From positions 1 through 38,107 of the forward strand of contig JAYUQR010000045.1 in the NCBI GenBank assembly GCA_043756665.1: a stretch of DNA of 38,107 bases. The letters are read 5' to 3'. The notes below the pieces were generated by a model that did no database searches, had not been told where the DNA came from, and worked only from the letters and a program-made list of their open reading frames with translations. The translations under genes and the position numbers were made by a program. The stretch is from Candidatus Altimarinota bacterium (GTDB taxonomy: Bacteria > Patescibacteriota > Gracilibacteria > BD1-5 > UBA2023). Shown piece by piece: positions 1 to 10,200 of the stretch; the stretch's first letter is position 1, and each line of letters starts with the position of its first letter.

Positions 1-315
1 AAAAAAGAAACATGAAAAGGAAAAATGGTATTCAACTGGTTTGAATGGAAAAGAGATAGTGCAAAAGAATATAAGAAAATCCACCCTACCCAAAAACCAG
101 TAAATATCTTGAAAAAGATTATTGAGATTTTCACAGACGAATGAGATGTTATAATTGACCCCGTAGCATGATCGTGAACAACTTTACGCGCGGCGATGGA
201 ACTTAATCGGAATTCATACGGATTTGAGATAAAAAAAGAATTCTATAATTCCGCAAAAGAACACATGATAAATAAACCCGTACAAAAAGAACTACTATTA
301 TCTGATAATCTATAA
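1..315 (+). CDS. DNA methyltransferase (N6-adenine/N4-cytosine type), 3' portion; the 5' portion is at 37569..38107
   Basis: Frame 1 is open from nt 1 to TAA 313-315 when TGA=Gly. It encodes ...[52 protein letters not shown], with the HPTQKP motif and the AdoMet motif FxGSGTT. Motif glycines at 142-144, 169-171 and 175-177 are TGA codons. Confidence 0.85.
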
Positions 316-318
316 ACT

Positions 319-471
319 ATGTACAATCCTAGAGACTGTTGGCATAATTCATATTTTCTCTTTACTGAATTTGATATTCGAAAGAATCCTCTTTGTAAAC
401 TTTCGCATAGCGATTATGAAAGAATGCGTATAATTCAGTGAGAAGATCTTTTGCCTTATATAATATGATAG
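319..471 (+). CDS. hypothetical protein (50 aa)
   Basis: ATG 319 lies 4 nt after the upstream stop; stop TAG 469-471; two in-frame TGA. Product MYNPRDCWHNSYFLFTEFDIRKNPLCKLSHSDYERMRIIQGEDLLPYIIG. Confidence 0.45.
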
Positions 472-608
472 AAACAAAATGTAGAACATGTTCATCATGG
501 ATCTCATCATTCTCACCGAATAAGAGTTATTGTTCGAAGAAGTGTGAATGAGTTATTCCATATGATCCAGAGGTTGAAAAGTTAAAATCTATTTTTTGAA
601 TAAAATAA
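465..608 (+). CDS. small Cys-rich protein (47 aa), possible zinc ribbon
   Basis: ATG 465 overlaps the upstream gene by 7 nt; stop TAA 606-608. Product MIETKCRTCSSWISSFSPNKSYCSKKCEGVIPYDPEVEKLKSIFGIK (CxxC ... CxxxC). Confidence 0.45.
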
Positions 609-609
609 T

Positions 610-978
610 ATGAAATGTACTTACTGTATCGAGAAAGAAAAAGACTGGTCGGAAGATAATTCACCGATCGAGTGTGCTTTTTCTTCCTGATTATTTCATC
701 AAGATAATTGGAATTGCTGACTTATGGATAAGCTCCGTGATCAGGCAGAGAAAACTTCTGTATGGAATGATGATATGTATGCGTGAATAATGCCGTATTC
801 TATCGATAGACATGACGAAGTCTACTGAACAGTAGATGATGACTCTGGATATCTCTATCTCGAGTGGTACAAGTCGAGAGGGAAGACTGATAAATGTATC
901 GATATGGACACTATTGAACCACTCAGCCTCGATAAAGCGTATGAGATATGTCTCTTCATTAAAAAAGTAATATGATAA
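610..978 (+). CDS. hypothetical protein (122 aa) with N-terminal CxxC
   Basis: ATG 610, TAA 976-978, several in-frame TGA. Product MKCTYCIEKEKDWSEDNSPIECAFSSGLFHQDNWNCGLMDKLRDQAEK...; tightly packed between neighbours. Confidence 0.6.
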
Positions 979-1712
979 ATACGCTAATAAATGGAGATTG
1001 TCTTGAGATAATGAAAAGGATACCTGATAATAGTATTGATTTAGTGCTCACCGATCCACCCTACTGAACTACTGCTTGTAAATGGGATTCTGTAATAGAT
1101 TTTGACCTAATGTGGAAAGAACTCAAAAGAATTATAAAATCAAACGGAGCTATTGTATTATTTTGAAGTGAGCCCTTCTCCTCAGCTCTCCGTATGAGCA
1201 ACATAAAACAATATAAGCACGACTGGATATGGGAAAAAGATGCAGGAAGTAATTTTCAAACTGTTAAATATCAACCAATGAAGGAGCACGAGATAATATC
1301 AGTATTCTGAGAATGAAAGATAAATTATTTTCCAATAATGCAAGAAAGAATAGGCAGTCGAAAATGAAAAGAAACTACCACAATAGATAGTGGAAGAACA
1401 AATAGTGTATATTGAACTATGGAATGAGGGAAAAGATTATTTGTACCAGAATTGAGAAATCCAAGAAGCATACAGCGATTCAATAGAGAAAGATGAATAC
1501 ACCCCACTCAAAAACCAGTAGCACTTCTGGAATATCTTATTAGAACATATACAAACGAGTGAGAGATGGTGCTAGACTTTACAGCCTGATCTGGAACAAC
1601 AGGAGTAGCTTGTAAAAATACCAATAGAAACTATATCCTGATAGAAAAAGATCCAGAGTATTGTGAGATAATTAAAAAACGATTATCTAATACAAATTCA
1701 CCACTATTCTAA
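972..1712 (+). CDS. DNA methyltransferase (N6-adenine/N4-cytosine type, DPPY motif before AdoMet motif)
   Basis: Product MINTLINGDCLEIMKRIPDNSIDLVLTDPPYG...[41 protein letters not shown]. Motif IV DPPY is at 1053-1064, followed by TGA (Gly) at 1065-1067. Motif I has TGA at 1587-1589. Stop TAA 1710-1712. Confidence 0.9.
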
Positions 1713-1718
1713 AACAAT

Positions 1719-2090
1719 ATGATAAAAGTTCGTCTCCCTATCCACTGGACTATACTCAGTAATACTGAATATATCTGAATGAATTTCTATAGGAATTCTC
1801 ATTTTAGGATTCTTGATAAATTCAAGAAGGATTATACAGAAAAACTCTTTCCTTATCTCAAATGAAAGAAGCTCCAGACACCTATATCGATCACCTATAT
1901 TTTCCATCCATCGAGGAAATGACAGGATATGGATAACTGCATATCAGTGACATCGAAATTCTTTCAGGATGCACTTGTATGTTATGGAGTTATACCCGAT
2001 GATGATTATGATCATATCACACGTACTACCTCTATTGTAGGTGAGAAGGATAAAGAGGGCTATATAGAGGCGATTGTTGAATCTATCTAA
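1719..2090 (+). CDS. rusA: RusA-like Holliday-junction resolvase (123 aa)
   Basis: Product MIKVRLPIHWTILSNTEYIGMNFYRNSHFRIL...GQDMDNCISVTSKFFQDALVCYGVIPDDDYDHI. The D-x-DN ... DAL ... DD pattern and the size fit the RusA family. Three in-frame TGA. Confidence 0.6.
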
Positions 2091-2099
2091 TTTTACACT

Positions 2100-2264
2100 A
2101 TGAATCACTATATCCAATGACTCGAATCGGCAATAAAGACATGACCACGACCACATACTCCGTATAGTCTCAAGACTACGAGGTCATGGGATGAAGAATT
2201 CAAGAAGGTTTGTTTCGTTCAGCTAGAGCTCTATAGGATAGGAAAAGGAAGACTTAATCAATAA
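2100..2264 (+). CDS. hypothetical protein (54 aa)
   Basis: ATG 2100, TAA 2262-2264, two in-frame TGA. Product MNHYIQGLESAIKTGPRPHTPYSLKTTRSWDEEFKKVCFVQLELYRIGKGRLNQ. Confidence 0.4.
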
Positions 2265-2275
2265 TATAAATTTAT

Positions 2276-2569
2276 ATGACTTCATTGAAGCCTAATTATG
2301 ACAGAGACAATCCAGAACATACTGCGTATTTTATGAACCATAAAGTCTCTGAAAGTATGCAATATTTCAATTCTTCCTCTCTCCAGTGAGTATATAAGAA
2401 TAGAGGGAGTCGGGAGCTTGAATTTTCATGATGAAAGAAAGGAAGAAAGAGAAAACTCCCACCAGAAAAGAATAGAGGTCTCAATACTGAGGTGTGGGAA
2501 CGTGAAGAAATGACATTTTGAGATATGAAGCCACTTCCATGATTTGTTTTTTGACAAATATACGAATAA
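2276..2569 (+). CDS. hypothetical basic protein (97 aa), last gene of the rightward module
   Basis: ATG 2276, TAA 2567-2569, six in-frame TGA. Product MTSLKPNYDRDNPEHTAYFMNHKVSE...GGKKGRKRKLPPEKNRGLNTEVWEREEMTFGDMKPLPGFVFGQIYE. Confidence 0.5.
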
Positions 2570-2593
2570 TCCCCCTCACGGGGGACTTTTTTT
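2570..2593 (+). terminator. rho-independent terminator, possibly bidirectional, between the convergent gene ends
   Basis: tccccc-tcac-ggggga hairpin (2570-2585) is followed by a T-run (2587-2593) directly after the stop at 2567-2569. The minus-strand gene ends at 2650. Confidence 0.7.
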
Positions 2594-2649
2594 GTGTCTA
2601 CATAGCTTGTAGTATAGAAAACGTCGCTATGGGGCAGAAAATGGGTACA

Positions 2650-3387
2650 TTATACATTTATCATTTTACTCCTGTTTTTGATCGCTACAGGCTGTATATT
2701 TTCGGGTAAAAGTATGAAAAAACATTGAGATTGCCAAACGGTTTTGAGTAGTGATCGAAAATTGAATATCTTATATTGATTTCCTACTCGTCCCTCATAA
2801 TTATCCTGCATATTGAAATACGTCCAGATTGGTCATATTCACGACATAGAGATACAGTGACCATATTGTCATTTTTTGAGTGTTTCAGACTCACTTGCAG
2901 AGATTTCACCATCCGATCGAGCTCTCGAGTATTCTGTACCAGTCCAGTATCCAGTGATGACGGGTATATTTCTCTGTAGACATCCACTCATGACACTCGA
3001 TCCGTACTTTATACGAGTATTCCATACCTTCCGATCGGGGAATCGAGTATTCATATATGCGACGAATTCAGAACCTATAGCAGATACATATCATCATTTT
3101 TTTGGATGCCATACTCATTTTGCTTCCAAGTGATCACAGAGGCCATACATGATTTTAGTAAAATCTTCTTTAGGATTCCATAATGAGAACCAAGCTCTGA
3201 GGTGAGAGGCGATCACACATGAATACCAGAATCGTTCTGTATTCCCCTGATTGAATCCTGTATAGACTCATGGAAATTTAGGCATTCTTGCTATGAGGCG
3301 GGTGAGTTCTTGCTCATCTCCTCCTGCTATCATCTCGGTATCGAGGGAGTCATCTCATATAATTCCTGAGTATTCTGGATTGATCAT
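2650..3387 (-). CDS. putative cysteine peptidase (candidate endolysin), 245 aa
   Basis: ATG 3387, TAA 2650-2652; extends track ORF 2869..3054 through TGA on both sides. Candidate catalytic residues are Cys (NTERFWYSCVIASH) and His (GQYGHCISMSG). It is the last gene of the late operon, after a run of membrane proteins. The function is inferred, not recognised with certainty. Confidence 0.6.
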
Positions 3388-3584
3388 TATCTATAAGGGT
3401 TAAGTTTCTGACGAGCGAGTATAAACGCAATATCCTGACGTACTTTTTGTATCTCATCGGCAAGCTGATTCATCGCCTCTCTATGGAGATCCATCTCGTG
3501 ACCATGCAAGTGTCATGCAGTTCTGAGCATATGAGCGTATTCGATTTCCTTCTCGGTGAGCTCTAGTTGTTTAGCGAGGTACAT
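3387..3584 (-). CDS. hypothetical protein (65 aa)
   Basis: ATG 3584; TAA 3387-3389 overlaps the next ATG (TAATG). Product MYLAKQLELTEKEIEYAHMLRTAGHLHGHEMDLHREAMNQLADEIQKVRQDIAFILARQKLNPYR. Confidence 0.5.
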
Positions 3585-3585
3585 A

Positions 3586-3747
3586 TTATGTATCAGAGTT
3601 ATGATAGATATGGTAGTCGAGGACTTGTCATGGTTCGAGTTCTCCTAGTTCCTCCTCTCTGAGGAGCCTATATACTTGTTCACGTGTGAGAGGAAATCGT
3701 ACATATGGTTTCGGTACTTCTGTGGGATTATTGCGTGGCCTTTCCAT
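3586..3747 (-). CDS. hypothetical protein (53 aa)
   Basis: ATG 3747, TAA 3586-3588. Product MERPRNNPTEVPKPYVRFPLTREQVYRLLREEELGELEPGQVLDYHIYHNSDT. Confidence 0.5.
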
Positions 3748-3748
3748 A

Positions 3749-3985
3749 TTAAGTATATCTTTGAAGTAAACGATCTTTGAGCTTTTTGATCTCTTCTACA
3801 TGGATATGATACCTGATTCACTGAGCTTTACAGTTCTTATCCTCACCGCATACCTCTTGTGTGAGTCACTGTATTTTCTTGATTACACTTTCTATACGAG
3901 CTTCACATTCTTTGCGTGATACTCATTCTTTCTGACATACCGCTACATTTCATAGATAGAGTTGTTCGATTGCTTGCGTGTCCAT
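3749..3985 (-). CDS. hypothetical protein (78 aa)
   Basis: ATG 3985, TAA 3749-3751, four in-frame TGA. Product MDTQAIEQLYLGNVAVCQKEGVSRKECEARIESVIKKIQGLTQEVCGEDKNCKAQGIRYHIHVEEIKKLKDRLLQRYT. Confidence 0.55.
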
Positions 3986-3986
3986 A

Positions 3987-4169
3987 TTAGAGCATTTTTA
4001 GTATTCCTTGAACTTCTTCCGTCTGAGCTTCTACGATCTGTTTTACTGTCCTTTCTGAGAGCTGTATATAGTGATAGGTAGCCACTCAGTGAGCAATAGC
4101 AAGCTCTTGTCTTCCATACTGTACTGATCGAGTCCCGTCGGTATGTGTGATAAGTGTGGCTTCTATAGA
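3987..4169 (-). CDS. open frame of 60 codons without a canonical start codon
   Basis: Between TAG 4170-4172 and TAA 3987-3989 the frame reads SIEATLITHTDGTRSVQYGRQELAIAHGVATYHYIQLSERTVKQIVEAQTEEVQGILKML. This is protein-like, but the only ATG is 2 codons from the end. ATA/ATC/CTT are the only candidate starts. Confidence 0.2.
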
Positions 4170-4294
4170 CTATGAAGGATTATAGGTACGAGATAGGCAT
4201 ACACTGGCAACCAAACGAACCCTGATAACAATCCCCACTTAGCCTTCATCATCCACCGCCGACACCTGTATCATCAGAAAAAGTATTTAACCAT
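4163..4294 (-). CDS. small hydrophobic protein (43 aa)
   Basis: ATG 4294, TAG 4163-4165. Product MVKYFFGGYRCRRWMMKAKWGLLSGFVWLPVYAYLVPIILHSL has one hydrophobic segment. Confidence 0.35.
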
Positions 4295-4400
4295 TTATAG
4301 GCTTAGGACTAAACATAGCGAGTTCGCTTCTTGGTTGGTAACTGATTTGGTCACGGAGTCTTCTTCGTGATCCTAACTGTCTTATTGGGAGTCATGATTT

Positions 4401-4523
4401 TTACTGTTCGAGGCATATAGTAGAATTGTTAGTAAATGCGTATATAGAGTGGATCTCATCGAATATTCCCGTAATGTAGATTACTATAAATACTAAAATA
4501 ATCCCGAGGATCATTCAGGCCAT
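4401..4523 (-). CDS. small membrane protein (40 aa)
   Basis: ATG 4523, TAA 4401-4403. Product MAGMILGIILVFIVIYITGIFDEIHSIYAFTNNSTICLEQ has an N-terminal hydrophobic helix. Confidence 0.4.
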
Positions 4524-4543
4524 GACTGGGATTATAATGTTTC

Positions 4544-4852
4544 TTACAGGACTCATATCTTTTTGAGGATAAATAGAATGATTCATATAGTGAAGGATCA
4601 GATAGCTCAGAATGCGGAACGGACGATCCATTTGTGGTTCTCTTGAATTTCTTTAATGGCACTTTTATTCTCGTTGTATTCTTCTCGTGAGGCAAACTTT
4701 ACTGATGCGGAGTCGATAAAGTCTTGCATCATCATTTTCAATTCTGCGTGCTGAAAGGCGGTATTTTTTTCGAGCCTTGCCACTGCTTCATTTGTGTATT
4801 TAATCTCCTGTTTCAGCAAGGCGATTTCTGTATTATTGTTACTTGCTACCAT
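4544..4852 (-). CDS. coiled-coil protein with C-terminal hydrophobic anchor (102 aa)
   Basis: Track ORF 4607..4852 extended through four TGA to TAA 4544-4546. Product MVASNNNTEIALLKQEIKYTNEAVARLEKN...WIVRSAFGAIGSFTIGIILFILKKIGVL. Confidence 0.7.
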
Positions 4853-5232
4853 TATACGGATTTCTGAGAAAAATAAAAGGTTTTTCCATATTTATTCAGG
4901 AGAAAGAAGGCTATAATCGCTATAGATAGCCTTTGTATCCCTGACCAGTGAAGGAGATGGAAGAGTTTACAAGCGAATTTATAGTTTGATTTATAGTATC
5001 CTATACCAAGACGAAATTGGAGATCGTGTTCGATCGAGAGCTCACGAATATCATCGAGGAGACACTGGGCTTTCTCACTATCATATCACGGTAAAAGCTC
5101 TATATTTGCGAATAAAGCCTTTTCGAGATTCTTTCCCTCACCACCTACCCCGTTTGTTATTCCGCATTGAGATAGGCATGTTTTCTCGTGTTCTGAGAGG
5201 CTATATTCCAGTATCGTCTCGATTGTTCTCAT
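4852..5232 (-). CDS. hypothetical protein (126 aa) with short C-terminal hydrophobic segment
   Basis: ATG 5232; TAA 4852-4854 overlaps the next ATG (TAATG). Product MRTIETILEYSLSEHEKTCLSQCGITNGVGGEGKNLEK...IQRLSIAIIAFFLLNKYGKTFYFSQKSV. It overlaps the 3' end of the upstream gene by 32 nt. Confidence 0.65.
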
Positions 5233-5377
5233 TGGACTGTTTAGTAAAGTAATATGTGAAGACTATTGATACGAGCATGACGAAATCTTTTCCGTCTACT
5301 ATCCCTCTATATGTGAACACACAGAGAGCGAGAGTCATTATGATAAATACGATGCGAGAGGCGGATTTATGGATCAT
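5201..5377 (-). CDS. holin-like protein with two hydrophobic segments (58 aa)
   Basis: ATG 5377 lies directly after the upstream TAA; stop TAG 5201-5203. Product MIHKSASRIVFIIMTLALCVFTYRGIVDGKDFVMLVSIVFTYYFTKQSNENNRDDTGI has two hydrophobic stretches and a charged C-terminus. Confidence 0.55.
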   Translation of the reverse strand: MIHKSASRIVFIIMTLALCVFTYRGIVDGKDFVMLVSIVFTYYFTKQSNENNRDDTGI

Positions 5378-6028
5378 TTAGAAGAAGGGGAAGAAGTTTG
5401 ATTTAATGGAAGTCACAGAGGGGGCAAGTGAGAACATTGTTCCATTATACTCTTGTGAAGCGGATGTAATATTCATTGACTTGCTTCCTGCGGGAGTTTG
5501 CGAGCTGTTTGAATCTGCGATAAAAAGACCTGTAAATAGTACCTCGATATTCGCTCGTATGAAAGTATTGGCTCATGCTGTGATAGCTAATCAGCTTCTT
5601 CATTTAGAGCACATAATAAGCCAAGTATCATTTTCTATGGTTGTTACTGTTTGCGTCCATGAGGTTGTGGTTGTTGGTCAGTTTGTAACTGTTGCATCTG
5701 GCACTCCAGATTGCCTAGCTCCCGTATAAGAAGCTATGTGACACATGATTACTCACGAAGTAGCTACCGTAATGACTACATTATTTGCTCCAGTAAGTGG
5801 GGCAATAAGTCAAAATGTAGAGGTGCTATTTCATACACCATCTGTACTTGTTGTCCCTATTTGTGTCATAGCGACTCCTCCATAAGTTACAGATGATATA
5901 GTTGTACTATGTCCAACATTTACCGTTAAGAATCTATTGGCTCCACTACAAGTATGAGATTGAGTCATAGTGGTGCCAGCATTTACCCTAGCTGCGGGCG
6001 TGGTAGTAGAGTCAAAAGCAATTGCCAT
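5378..6028 (-). CDS. virion protein, possible minor tail / receptor-binding protein (216 aa)
   Basis: Track ORF 5831..6028 extended through TGA codons to TAA 5378-5380. Product MAIAFDSTTTPAARVNAGTTMTQSHTCSGANRFLTVNVGHSTTISSVTYGGVAMTQ... is Ser/Thr-rich and beta-type, and lies downstream of a fibre gene. Confidence 0.7.
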
Positions 6029-6262
6029 TTATTTCACAATATTAGGAATAAGAGCGATCGCCTTTGCCATAGCCTCTCCCATCTTCGCCATTACTTCTAG
6101 CCTATCCTGTTCTGAATAATCAGGATTATCGACAGAAGTGCCGAGCCAGTTAGTAAGACTATCATAGTTTGCTTTGGCATTTTCAATTCATGAATCGAGC
6201 CCATCTATCCATGATTTGATTTGTAGGGCTGTGAGTTGTTTTGGTGTAGTTTCGAGAAACAT
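6029..6262 (-). CDS. hypothetical protein (77 aa)
   Basis: ATG 6262, TAA 6029-6031 abutting the next ATG. Product MFLETTPKQLTALQIKSWIDGLDSGIENAKANYDSLTNWLGTSVDNPDYSEQDRLEVMAKMGEAMAKAIALIPNIVK. Confidence 0.6.
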
Positions 6263-6273
6263 AGAGAGAAAAA

Positions 6274-7038
6274 TTAGTGATTATCATCCTTGGAGATCAG
6301 ATCCCATTTAGCGTCTGCACCATTATAGAAAAATAATAGATACATGGTCTTACTGATTATGGTTGTGGTTGGGAGGGTTGTATCTCCTCATCTGTATATA
6401 GCATTCCAAGTGATAGCACGGGCAGTACCATTATCTTTCATTCGTACTATGATGAGATTCCCATCGGCTGGAGTTCATGATGGAGCAGAGAATGTTGGAG
6501 CTACTGCGAGGGCTGTGATCGTCATATAGTTTCTGAGACTTCATCCAGTAGGTGTAGGAGTGGCACTCGATGCTGTGGTAGTATTCTCACTTATGACATT
6601 GCTCGATGCTATCATCGTCTTATTCGTGAGCGTATCAGTAGTAGCCCGACCGAGGAGTGTATCACTAGAGTCCTGGAGAGTATAGGTTCTATCTGCCGTA
6701 TTCGTATTCGTGAAAAAACTCGTGAATGTATTCGCTACATTACGAAGCCCGAACATGCCTGAGAGGAATGTTTTGAGTCATGATACGGTTTGAGTAGAGG
6801 CAAGGATCATATCGCCTGCTCACGCAGATACATTGAGTGTTGTTCCTGTGAAAGAAAGTCCTGTACCGAGTGTGATCTCCTCTATTGCTCCTGTGCCTGC
6901 TGTAGCACGCCCGAGGAGCTTATTGTTCGTTACACTATCCTCTTTTTTTGTAGTGTTGAGATTTGTGAAATTCGTATTGATAGTGCTTCGATCTGTGGCG
7001 ATAACGCCAGGTCCAAGAAGTGTAGTTATAGTACTCAT
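6274..7038 (-). CDS. tail fibre-like protein (254 aa)
   Basis: Track ORFs 6820..7038 and 6541..6756 are in one frame and join through TGA; stop TAA 6274-6276. It has a repeated LLGRAT motif (NNKLLGRATAGTGAIEEITLG and SDTLLGRATTDTLTNKT) of the kind seen in phage fibre proteins, plus a Thr/Ser-rich beta C-terminus. Confidence 0.7.
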
Positions 7039-7042
7039 ATTT

Positions 7043-7228
7043 TTAGATTATTGTTCTTCCTACGTAGGCGGTTAAGGCTGTTCATACGCCTGCTGTGTCC
7101 CAAGTATAGGTTGCTGTATCCCAAGTATCTGGACACGAGTCCCATGTGAAATAATTGAAGTCACCTGGCTTCATTCTTCATGCAGATGTCGTTGTCGGGA
7201 TGATTCTTCATACGTAAGGTGTAGGCAT
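7043..7228 (-). CDS. small Trp-repeat protein (61 aa)
   Basis: ATG 7228, TAA 7043-7045. Product MPTPYVGRIIPTTTSAGRMKPGDFNYFTWDSCPDTWDTATYTWDTAGVGTALTAYVGRTII has three TWD repeats. Confidence 0.5.
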
Positions 7229-7262
7229 GATTTTAGTATATGAGGATAGGGGACATTATCAA

Positions 7263-10200
7263 TTATTTTTTAGGCTTTATGATGGGCTTATTTTTGATGA
7301 TGGGTTTAGGTTTTAGAAATTCTCATAATTTTTCTTTTATAGCTTTTTCTACTATCGGTTTTATTTTACTTTCAAATATTTCTTTATTCCATTGTGCTGC
7401 TTCTTCTCTAATTTTTATATGTCATTTTGACTCAGCAACATATTGTTCAATCATTCTTGCGGTTACTTCTTGTCTATTAGTATAATATTTTCTATTATTT
7501 TTAAATGCAATGGTATTTTTGTTCATTAACTCAGTAAGCTCATTTATTGTAGTATTATCAAATAGTTTTTTGTCTAATTTATAATCTATCGCGTGTCATA
7601 GCTCGTGAGCTACTGTTGTATGTATTTTCTCTTTAATTATTTTTCATTCAGCGTCTTTCATTACTCTTCAATATGTATCTAATTTTTCAAAAGATTCAGT
7701 TCATCAGACCGATATACTTACACTATTATTTTTTGTATCTTTTCTATATAATCAGGCTATATCTTTCATTAAAAAAGGATTTTTACCATTAAGATGTACA
7801 TACACCCATCTATCCATCTCAGCAAGTTTTTTCATATCTATTCCTAATGCCTCAGAAAAGTCTTTCACACCATTTATTATATCTGATTTTTGTTCAGTAG
7901 ATATAGTTTTTCAGTCTTGGCGTTTCATTCACGCTCAAATAGAATCTATATCATCAAATACTATACGTGAGTCATCCGCACCAAATGAAGTATTCAGTCA
8001 TTTTTCATATATTTCTCGTGATGTAACTGCCTTGGAAAATGACGGATCATATTTTATTATTTCATCTGGAAATTTATATCATTTTGATATATCGTTTTTA
8101 ATAAGCTCAGTATATTCTTTTTTTGAGCTTTCTTTAAAATAATCACTTGTATCAATTTGTCGTTGCCACATATCTGTTCTTCTTTCAAAAAGAGATTTTG
8201 CCTCATTAAATGTTTTTGCACTGCTACTATTAGCTTCTATGTTTGCCCATATTTTTCTATCTTCGATTATTGTTGGAGAGTTTAATTTTTCAGCCTGTAG
8301 TCTGGTAGGCATTTTCTCTCAATATTTTTTTATTAACTCGTCTACTTGTTTTGCCATTTTTCAGAATCCTTCTGCATTTCTATTAGCTTTTTTAATTTTT
8401 ACATCTATTACTCATTGTATTCACTCTTCTGGAGTTAATTTATGGTGTGCAACTCTATCTGGTGATATTCTTTTTGCTCCTACTCTTTTTGCTTCATCTC
8501 AAACATTTATATTTTCTGGCAATGTTTCTATAATTTTATTCTCAATAACTCCACCCTCTTTCACTATATTCTTAGGAGCTGGCTTCACGATAGGAGTGTT
8601 TTTAGTCTTTTTAGGTACTATGAGAGGTTCTGAGGGAGCGGATGGTGTAGTAGGCTTTTTAGTGATCATTCCATCCTTTCAAAAGCTTTCGAAAGAAGTA
8701 TCCATAATATCCATTCCCGTCTGCTTTTTGAATTGCTTTACCATATCATTCCATGTCTTCTCTCAAAATCTTCCGTCGTTTGCTATTTTTTGGAGTTTAT
8801 CATAGATCTGCTTGTCTGTGATCTTTTCTATCACCTCTGGAGCTTGTTTCTTATTGAGAAGATCATCAAACGCGTTTTTTATTTTTCACGATTTTATATC
8901 TGATATGAATTCATCGAGAAGATCCTTTTTTACATAGCTATATTCGAGACTTCCAGAGTCTACACTTTTCTTTATTTCGGAAAGTATTGAAAGAGCCTCA
9001 CTTTGTGTGATCTTTTTTTCTGATAAGAGGTTATTAATCTTAGTTTCTATGCGAGAGTTTCATGTGCCTCAGAATTGAGCCGCTTTTGTATCACTAGCAA
9101 TACCCCTCTTTATATCATTTATTTCCTTTGATTTTGCGACTTGAGAGGTTTTTGTTTGAGCTGGCAAAAGCCTTCTCGGTCATTGTCACTCGACCATAAC
9201 CCCCCGCTTTCATGCAAGGATTTTAGATTGATTTCCTTTAGGATTAAGTGGTGTTTCAATAGTTACCTTGGATGATCATGGAATATCGGAGGGCACACTT
9301 ACCACTGTTGGGGTTACATTTTCCCGTTTAGTACGAGGAATATTACCAGTATTATTGCTATTATGTATACCATCTTTAAAAAGGTTAGTGGGTATTTTTA
9401 CTTCTGCCTGTGTGCCTCTCCCAGAAAGTGCGTTTAATCCTTTGAGGTATCATCTCTTTACTATATTGGATTGTGCGATCTGTTTTGCTATAAAGACTGA
9501 AGGATCAGCATTGAACGCAAGCCAATCAGTCAATCATAGGGGATTGTTTCCTGCTATCTTATCTTGCCATCATCCTATACCTTCCATAAGCTTATAATAG
9601 GCTTTTGTATCCATATTTATGGCTTTCAGGTTTGAGAATCCCTGTTGTTCTGCTGTCGCAAATTGCCATTTTCTCACATCATTATCTAAATTCGTGACGA
9701 ATCATTTTCTTGGTGAAGTGTCGTCGCTAAAGTATGAGAACTTATTATTCGAGTTTAAGAACCTTTTAGCCTCATTTATTTCTGACATAGAGAGACCTTG
9801 TGTCTGATACTTTTCGAGAAGATCTTTAGCTCTTAGGCTTTCTTTACTCATTCATTTACTCGACGCATTTCCGAGATTATCCCTAAGCATTGTCTCTACA
9901 GGATCAACTTGCTTTGTGATATACTTTCATGTTTCCTTATCTATTGCTTCTGTAGCAACTTCTTGAGTCGGAGCCTTGAAATTTCACTTGATACTAGCAA
10001 GTCCATCATCTGCCGACTTTCGTGAAAGTTTAAGGTTTTTTGATAAATTTTCAACTAATTTTTCTCCAGTGTCACTTATTCATCGATCATTAAGAAATTT
10101 TCAAGGGCTCACTCCAATTTCTTCGTTAAATGAGCGGATCTGCCCTGCATTCATCCTATTTATATTTGTAGAGGCTATATCTGCTCTATTTTGTAGTCAT

